From an uncultured virus (IMG/VR IMGVR_UViG_2061766007_000892) (Duplodnaviria > Heunggongvirae > Uroviricota > Caudoviricetes), in IMG/VR virus record IMGVR_UViG_2061766007_000892: a stretch of DNA of 64,000 nt; one strand, given 5' to 3'. Numbering within the stretch: the stretch's first letter is position 1; the number at the start of each line of letters is the position of its first letter. The position numbers and the translations under genes were made by a program. Below are positions 61,059 through 64,000 of this stretch, piece by piece. A model generated the notes under the pieces. The model ran no database searches and was not told where the DNA came from. It worked only from the letters and a program-made list of their open reading frames with translations.

Positions 61059-64000
61059 ATGGCTGAGATTACCGTTGATGTTGGTGTAAGATTGCAAGCT
61101 ATGCAATCTTCCGTGGCAGAATTACAACGAGTGTTGGATAAATTAAAGCCAAATACCGGCGGCTTTAAAGATTTACAAAAAATTATTAGTAATATTACTA
61201 ATAATATGGATAAATTGCGTCTTCAAACTGGTAAACCTTTTGGTTCACAAGGACAATTTAATCAAACAGAAAAAACCGTAGAAAAATTAGAAGAATCATT
61301 GGGCAGAGCAAAGTTAGCTATTGAGAGAATAAAATTTTCTGATTTAAAATTAGATCAAGGTCAGATCGCTCAATTAGATGGTTTTAATGACCAATTAAAG
61401 AAAATAAAACAAGAATTTGCTACTTTTAAAGATGNNNNNNNNNNNNNTTTTAATAAACAATTTGTAGAAGGAATAAATCCTAACTTACTTAATAAAAGTT
61501 TTGATGAAATAATTAAAAGCGTACAATCTAAAACTGATGCGTTAGGGAGAACTTTAGCTAATGCTACTGCTGAATTAGCAGAATTTCAAAAGGCTGCTGN
61601 NNNNNNNNNNNNNNNNNNNNNNNNNNNNNNNNNNNNNNNNNNNNNNNNNGAAAAGATGTTTTTGATAAATTTTTTCAAACTAATAGCAAAGGAGTTTTTA
61701 GTTTTAAAACTGGTGGCGGTTTGAAAAAAGGAGAAATTCAACAACAGTTTTTTGATTATTTAAAAACTGAATTTCAATTAACACCAGCACAAATTGATGA
61801 ATTAACTGGATTATCTGCAAAAGATATAAGAGCGAAATTAGCACAAACAGATTTTTTTGATCCACAAAGAACCGCGGCTGATAAAGCAAATAAAAAATTA
61901 CCGCAAGCAGGTTTAGATTTTACTGCGGCCAGTCAAAATTATGAAAATGCAGTAGCAGTTATGACCAGATTAACTCCTTTATTAGATGCTTTATCTAATA
62001 AGGATTTAGATTTAGCAGAAAAACAAAAATTAGTTAATCAAGCAATTGCAGATTTTCAACAAAAGTGCGAGGGCAGTATTCGTGGAGCAACTGCTACACA
62101 AAATGCTTTTGACGGATTAAACTCTCAATTAGAGAGTTTTAAGCAACAATTAAGTCAAGTAAATGCTCAGTGGTTAAAATTACAAAATCAACAAGCAACA
62201 TTTAATTCTATGAAAATGGCAATAACCAATTTTATGGGATTTAATCAGGTTTTGAATTTGACAAAGCGTGCTGTAAATGATGCTATGAATCATATCAAAC
62301 AATTAGATGCTACTATGAATGGTATTTCTATTGTTACTGATATGAGTACTACTGATTTATGGAAACAAGTTGATGCTTATAGTGCTCTAGCACAAAAGTT
62401 TGGCACTACTATTCAAGGTGCTTATGATATTTCAAAGATTTACTATCAGCAAGGTTTGGAAACTAGTGATGTTATGGTCTTGACTGAAGAAACTTTAAAA
62501 TTATCTAAAGTTTCTGGTTTAGATTATGCTAAATCTACTGACTATATGACAACTGCTTTACGTGGTTTTAAAATGGAGATGCAAGAAGCGTCTACTGTTG
62601 TTGATGTTTATAGTAATTTGGCGGCGAATACTGCAGTTTCACAAGAAGAACTCGCAGTTGCTATGAGTAAAACTGCTTCTTCTATGGAATCTGTTGGTTC
62701 CACCTTCCAAGATACTTCAGCTATGATTGCCACTATGGTAGCTGTTACTCGTGAATCGGCAACCAATATTGGTTCTGCTATGAAATCTATTGCTTCTCGT
62801 TATGGTGAATTAACTAAAGATCCACAAAAGTTAATTGACTCCGAAGGCGAAGCAATGAGTTTTAATAAGGTTGATGCGGCTTTGCAATCTGTTGGCATTA
62901 GTATGCAAACGGTAGATCACCAGTTCCGTGATTTTACTGATGTTATTGTAGAATTATCTGAAAAATGGGATACTTTGGATAGTACACAGCAACGTTATAT
63001 TGCTACACAGTTTGCTGGTAATAGACAACAGTCTCGTTTCTTGGCGTTAGTTAGTAATGGTGATTTATTAAAAGAGAATATGGAAACCGCCGCGAATAGT
63101 GAAGATGTAGGTACTATTCAAGCTTTGAAAGCGATGGATTCTATTGAATCTAAAATGAATCAGGTACAGGTTGCTGCACAACAATTTTATACTACTCTTG
63201 GTGCAGAAGGAGTATGGAAGAGTGCATTAGACGGTATAAATAATTTTATTACATCTTTAAATGGGCTTCCTAAATTATTTGGTAAAATACCTGTTGGTGC
63301 TATTACTGTAATTATTGATATGGTATCAACAATTAAAAATGCTTTATTTACTGGATTAACAGAAATAGCAGCCATTTGGCAAAAAGGGGTTAGTGACGCA
63401 GCAAATAAAGTTAATGAGGGAGAATATCAAGCTGCTGGTGAAAGAGCAATAGGAGCATTTAAGGCAGGAATAGATAGTAGAAAAAATGAAGTCCAACAAG
63501 CTATAAAAGATGCTACCTCTATTAAAACGGAAAAAAAAGCAGCAATAAAAGAAGGAGAAGCTCAAATTAGTCGCGCAGATGCGTATAAACAATCTATTTC
63601 TGGATTAGAAATTGATCGTATTGGAGGGCGTGGAATAGTTGATGTCTTTACAGATGAAGCATTTAATATTGATGAATTAATAGCAAAAATGCTACAATTT
63701 AAAGATATTACTACAGAACAAGCAGAAGAATTACGCAAATTATTTAGTACACCCGGTTCAGAACAAGACGTTATAAATGCTTTAAATGAAATTTGTAATA
63801 AAATACGTCAAACTGGCGAGAATAGTATAGAAGCGGCAAATAAAATTAATACTCATGCCGGTGCTTTAAAAAATCTAATTTCTTCGTCTAAACATTTAGT
63901 ATCTGATATGAATAATTTTGCCTCTGCTCTCAATATGATCGGTAATCTTATTAATGGTACTAGCAGAAGTAGTCAAAAAGCCGCGGGAGCGATTATGATG
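61059..64000 (+). CDS. tape measure protein (TP901-type core), partial
   Basis: Long helical ORF continuing past N-runs; YYQQGL...TLKLSKVSGLD...MTTALRGF...VDVYS.LAA. Confidence 0.85.

Overview
This is a 64 kb slice of a large, AT-rich tailed phage genome, probably infecting a Firmicute (sigmaA-type promoters; SPbeta/c-st-like head-tail gene order). (1) 1-24 kb, minus strand: early/middle and accessory genes. These include a giant LamG/CotH-kinase-like/LRR protein, a Pnk-HD + Rnl1 RNA repair pair, a nucleotidyltransferase, a deaminase, a kinase-like protein and two HTH+endonuclease pairs. (2) 24-26.5 kb: a repeat-rich, origin-like intergenic region with a 62-bp palindrome, next to an SF2 helicase. 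(3) About 26.4-45.5 kb: a highly regular array of roughly 50 tiny, mostly self-promoted transcription units, separated by about 40 copies of a composite site. The site is a GGCCGGCC-type core flanked by 5-N6-5 boxes, and the promoter-proximal boxes are helically phased to the -35 element. The array holds about 10 ORF-less structured RNA units (one a 61-nt tRNA-like RNA with Ala identity elements), two paralog families sharing a covarying 5'-leader hairpin, and a strand switch at a nested palindrome. (4) 45.5-64 kb, plus strand: terminase interrupted by a group I intron with a GIY-YIG gene, then portal, scaffold, capsid, neck, tail tube and tape measure. Many ORF-track splits are artefacts of N-runs. 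All motif counts are manual and no database searches were run.
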